NCBI GenBank assembly: GCA_010909165.1
Contig: VJWM01000203.1
Coordinates: forward strand, 1 to 64,000
Direction: 5' to 3'
DNA length: 64,000 nt
Source: Anthoceros angustus
Lineage: Eukaryota; Plantae; Anthocerotophyta
A program made the translations under genes and the position numbers. Positions 60,263 to 64,000 of this stretch are shown here, in pieces. Below the pieces are notes generated by a model. That model had not been told where the DNA came from and made no database searches. It worked only from the letters and a program-made list of their open reading frames with translations. How positions within the stretch are numbered: position 1 is the first letter of the stretch; every line of letters begins with the position of its first letter.

Positions 60263-63200
60263 CTCCTCATTGTTACATGATTTTTTTTGTTTTGGGAGTG
60301 TTTGTATAGCAAAGTGCTTTGAGAATCGCCTGGGTAAGGTCTTTTATACGAGAATGGTCCTTGGCCCTTGGGATAATAATTTTCTTTTTTTGAACCTTAG
60401 GTTTTTCGACCGGATAGGTAGGTCGGAGATAGAATCCTTAGGTTTTGGTGATTTTAGAAATAAGAAAGTGTCTATATATGTTAGGGGTGCCTACATCACC
60501 CGATTCTTGATCAAGCGGGAGGTAGCAGTTCCACCACGGTGGCGAAGAAGCAGGGGCGTCTGAGACCGAGGGAGTTTACAACCCTAGTGGCGGGCGGCTG
60601 CGAGACGGGAGCGAGACGGACACACCCAAAGACCGCGAGGTCGCAATTCTGTGCCGGCTGAGTGAGCCGCAAGAGCCGGGCGTCGGGCGGGCTGCGGCAA
60701 GCTGGAATTCCTCAAGAACAAAGCACCTCATCGTCTTGATGATCTCCTTGAGCTTGTACATACCGACCTATGTGGACCCTTATCTCAAGCGTCCATAGGA
60801 GGTGGTGGAAATCCTTCCAAGGGAGGTAGCAGTTCCACCACGGTGGCGGCGGAGGAAACGGTGGCGAGTAGCGAAGGAGGAAAAGAGACGCTGAGGCAAG
60901 AGCGCCAACAAGAAAGGCGAGTGGAGGAGACGCGAGGGTGGTGTCCCTTTTCCACTGCCAGGTGGAGGGTCGGGTTCTTTTCCTCAAGAAACAAGGAGAA
61001 AGGAGATGGCGCCCGGTGCGAAATTCCCATGCGGTGGCCCAACATGGACCATCGGAAGGTGAGAGGCGACTGGTGCGGAGCTGGGTCTGGAATTTATGGA
61101 GAAGAATGGTGTTCTGACATCGGCATTGGTGCAAGAGTGCGCCCGCAATTGAGAACCAAGTTGCAAGAGGGAGACGCGAGGAAGAGGCCGCAAAACTGGA
61201 TTTGGGACTCTTTCGAGCGATGTATGGCGAGAAGCATCGAGGATGGAAGCTTGGTGACCCCGGAGAAGAAGAATGGTTAGCTAAGGATAGCGGAGCCAAG
61301 TACCTCATTCGCAGTGGCTCGACACTAAAAATGTTGAGGCATAAATGGGTGGAAACTTCAGCCGAAATCATGAATCGTCTAAAGGAACTCTACGCAGCGA
61401 ACATGGTCGTGCAATGACTTTTAAGAAATTTCGAACTTGAGAATGAAGGATGGGGACTCGGAGAAGCACGTGAGTACCTTTAGGACCCTAGCCTCCCGGC
61501 CTGTGGTGCCTCTAAGTTGCCATCAAGGATGATGAGATGGTGATGAGGCTCCTTCTTTCGCTTCGAGTCTTGGTCACACGTGACCTCCCACAGCCGACAC
61601 AAGCTACTGTTAGCTAAGAAGCAAGGCATAGAGATGCCGAGATGTCATTCTCACAACTTGTGAGTTCCATGCCGCAAGAAGAGGCAAGCGAACTAATCAC
61701 AAGAAAGCGGGAAACAACAGCCTGACACCTCAAATCAAGGGCGAGGAGGCAAGAAATCCTTCTCCAAAGGAGGTGGTGGAAATCCTTCCAAGGGAGGTAG
61801 CTCAGCGGATCCTCATCCGGGAAGAAGACTAAAAAGCCACACTGCGGTGCAAGCTGGACATTGGGAAAAGAGTGTCGCAAAAGCAAGTGGAATTCCTCGC
61901 AAGGAGGGCACCAGTGGCCAATGTTGTGGTAAAGAAGGCTAATACCCCATCGCTCTTACAGTTGGGACTAGGAGTTTGCTAGTCCATTCGCTTCCCACTT
62001 GCCTTTCTAATGAAACCAATAGATGAATGGTATTTAGATACGGGTGCTCGCACACATCCGCTTTGATAGAAATGCTTTCAAAACATATAGGTCTTTTCGG
62101 ATCGGTATGTTTACCTTGGGGACGACAGTCTCTAGTCTCACATGGTCGTGTACGCTTGAGTTGAGTTGCTAGTTCCTCTGAGGATCACACTCATGTTGTT
62201 AGAAGTCTACTATGTGCGAAATGACTAGAAACCTTATTTCGATCGAGATTGAATGCGATAACAACATCACGTTGTTTTCACTAGGATGATTGTAGAATCA
62301 TAGATGCTATTGACCCTAGAAAGGTCCTTGCACATGGGTCTTGGACCACGATCATTCGTCTCCATTTGCACGATGGAGTAGCGAGTCCCACGACACAAGA
62401 CGTCTCCTTGCATCGCACAACAACAGCAAAGTCTAAGTTGTGGCATGCACGCTTGGGTCACCCTCACATGGCAAAGCTGCAAAAATTGGTTGTGGTGACT
62501 GTATCAAGATGGACCTATTGGCCCTTTGAGCGCCATACCTTTATGTGAGGCTTGTGTGTTGTCGAAGAAACACCAAGCTGCCTTCAGAACAAAGCACCTC
62601 ATCGTCTTGATGATCTCCTTGAGCTTGTACATCTTGACCTATGTGGACCCTTATCTCAAGCGTCCATAGGAGGTGGACGTTATTTTCTAACGTTCTGAGA
62701 TGACAAGAGCGGTTGTCACCACCTATATCACGAAGAACAAAAGCGAATGTTTCTCCTACTTCAAGGAATACACTCCATGCAGAATGGAGTGGCAGAGCGC
62801 TTGAACCTCACATTGCGGAGATGGTCTCCTCATTGTTACATGATTTTTTTGTTTTGGGAGTGTTTGTATAGCAAAGTGCTTTGAGAATCGCTTTGGTAAG
62901 GTCTTTTATCGAGAATGGTCCTTGGCCCTTGGGATAATAATTTTCTTTTTGAACCTTAGGTTTTTCGACCGGATAGGTAGGTCGGAGATAGAATCCTTAG
63001 GTTTTGGTGATTTTAGAAATAAGAAAGTGTCTATATATGTTAGGGGTGCCTACATCACCCGATTCTTGATCAAGCGGGAGGTAGCAGTTCCACCACGGTG
63101 GCGAAGAAGCAGGGGCGTCTGAGACCGAGGGAGTTTACAACCCTAGTGGCGGCGGCGGCGAGTGGAGGAGAGGCGGACACACCCAAAGACCGCGAGGTCG

Positions 63201-63716
63201 CGAATTTCGAGCCGGGCGTCGGGCGGGCTGCGGCAAGCGAAGGCATTGGACGCCAACTCGTGTCTGCTTGTGGTGGACGGCGTCGGTCGGGTGCAGCGGT
63301 GGCGGCGGAGGAAACGGTGGCGAGTAGCGAAGGAGGAAAAGAGACGCTGAGGCAAGAGCGCCAACAAGAAAGGCGAGTGGAGGAGACGCGAGGGTGGTGT
63401 CCCTTTTCGACCGGCGTTTGCGGGAGGTGGGTTCTTTTCTGAAGAAACAAGGAGAAAGGAGATGGCGCCCGGTGCGAAATTCCCATGCGGTGGCCCAACA
63501 TGGACCCTTTGGAAGGTGAGAGGCGACTGGTGCGGAGCTGGGTCTGGGATTTATGGAGAAGAAATGGTGTTACGACAGCTCAGCATTGGTGCAAGAGTGC
63601 GCCCGGCAATTGAGAACCAAGTTGCAAGAGGGAGACGCGAGGAAGAGGCCGCAAACTGGATTTGGGACTCTTTCGAGCGGTGTATGGCGAGAAGCATCAG
63701 AGGATGGAAGCTTGGT
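58521..63716 (+). repeat. ~2.6-2.7-kb tandem duplication of copia gag-integrase plus downstream GC-rich sequence
   Basis: GGAGAAGAAGAATGGTTAGCTAAGG at 58521 and 61262; 60520-61260 matches 63081-63716; copy 2 has many small deletions and a larger integrase deletion near 62773. Confidence 0.9.
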
Positions 63717-64000
63717 AATTGATCCCCAGAGAAAGAAGACCCTGAGAGCCGCAGCCGCGCCATGAAGCCCGGAGAAGAAGACCACGAGGCTGCGGTGCGC
63801 TCATGAAGCCTGGAGAAGTGAGAGTGAACAATGGATGGGTGACTCGCCAACTCGTGTCTGCGCAGCTGGTGGGATTAGCCAAGTGGATTTTGTGTTTCCT
63901 GCAGAATCGGAAGTTGGATCATATGGCAGACCACTTCCTGGTCTTTCTTCATGAGGTGGTTAAAGGTACACAAATCGATTGGGGGCGGATGATCTTTGAA

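Overview
Eukaryotic nuclear DNA from a seed-free land plant, most likely a hornwort (inferred from a PLS-PPR gene whose deaminase domain ends in DRH and from the TE landscape). There are three zones. (1) 1-36.5 kb is nested transposon debris: a Sola-like DDD transposase relic divergent from a ParB-like/beta-class N4C-or-N6A DNA methyltransferase relic; a Ty1/copia inserted into a Ty3/gypsy protease and later rearranged by an inversion; and a young full-length copia (241-bp LTRs, ACCTG TSD) carrying a 3.6-kb TIR element with a 4-bp TSD. (2) 36.7-52.4 kb is a compact gene island: a ~1459-aa PLS-PPR with an N-terminal OSB-type PDF motif and a truncated DYW:WW end, a 3-exon bHLH-ACT gene, a 7-exon ROP GTPase, and a PLS-PPR-E-DYW:KP (DRH) candidate U-to-C editing factor. 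(3) 53-64 kb holds an AT-rich CDPK-derived kinase with a broken DFG motif, gypsy and copia remnants, and a ~2.7-kb tandem duplication with a microhomology patchwork. Small deletions cluster in the repeats while unique genes are intact, so some apparent TE decay may be assembly error. All family assignments come from motifs read by eye; no searches were run.
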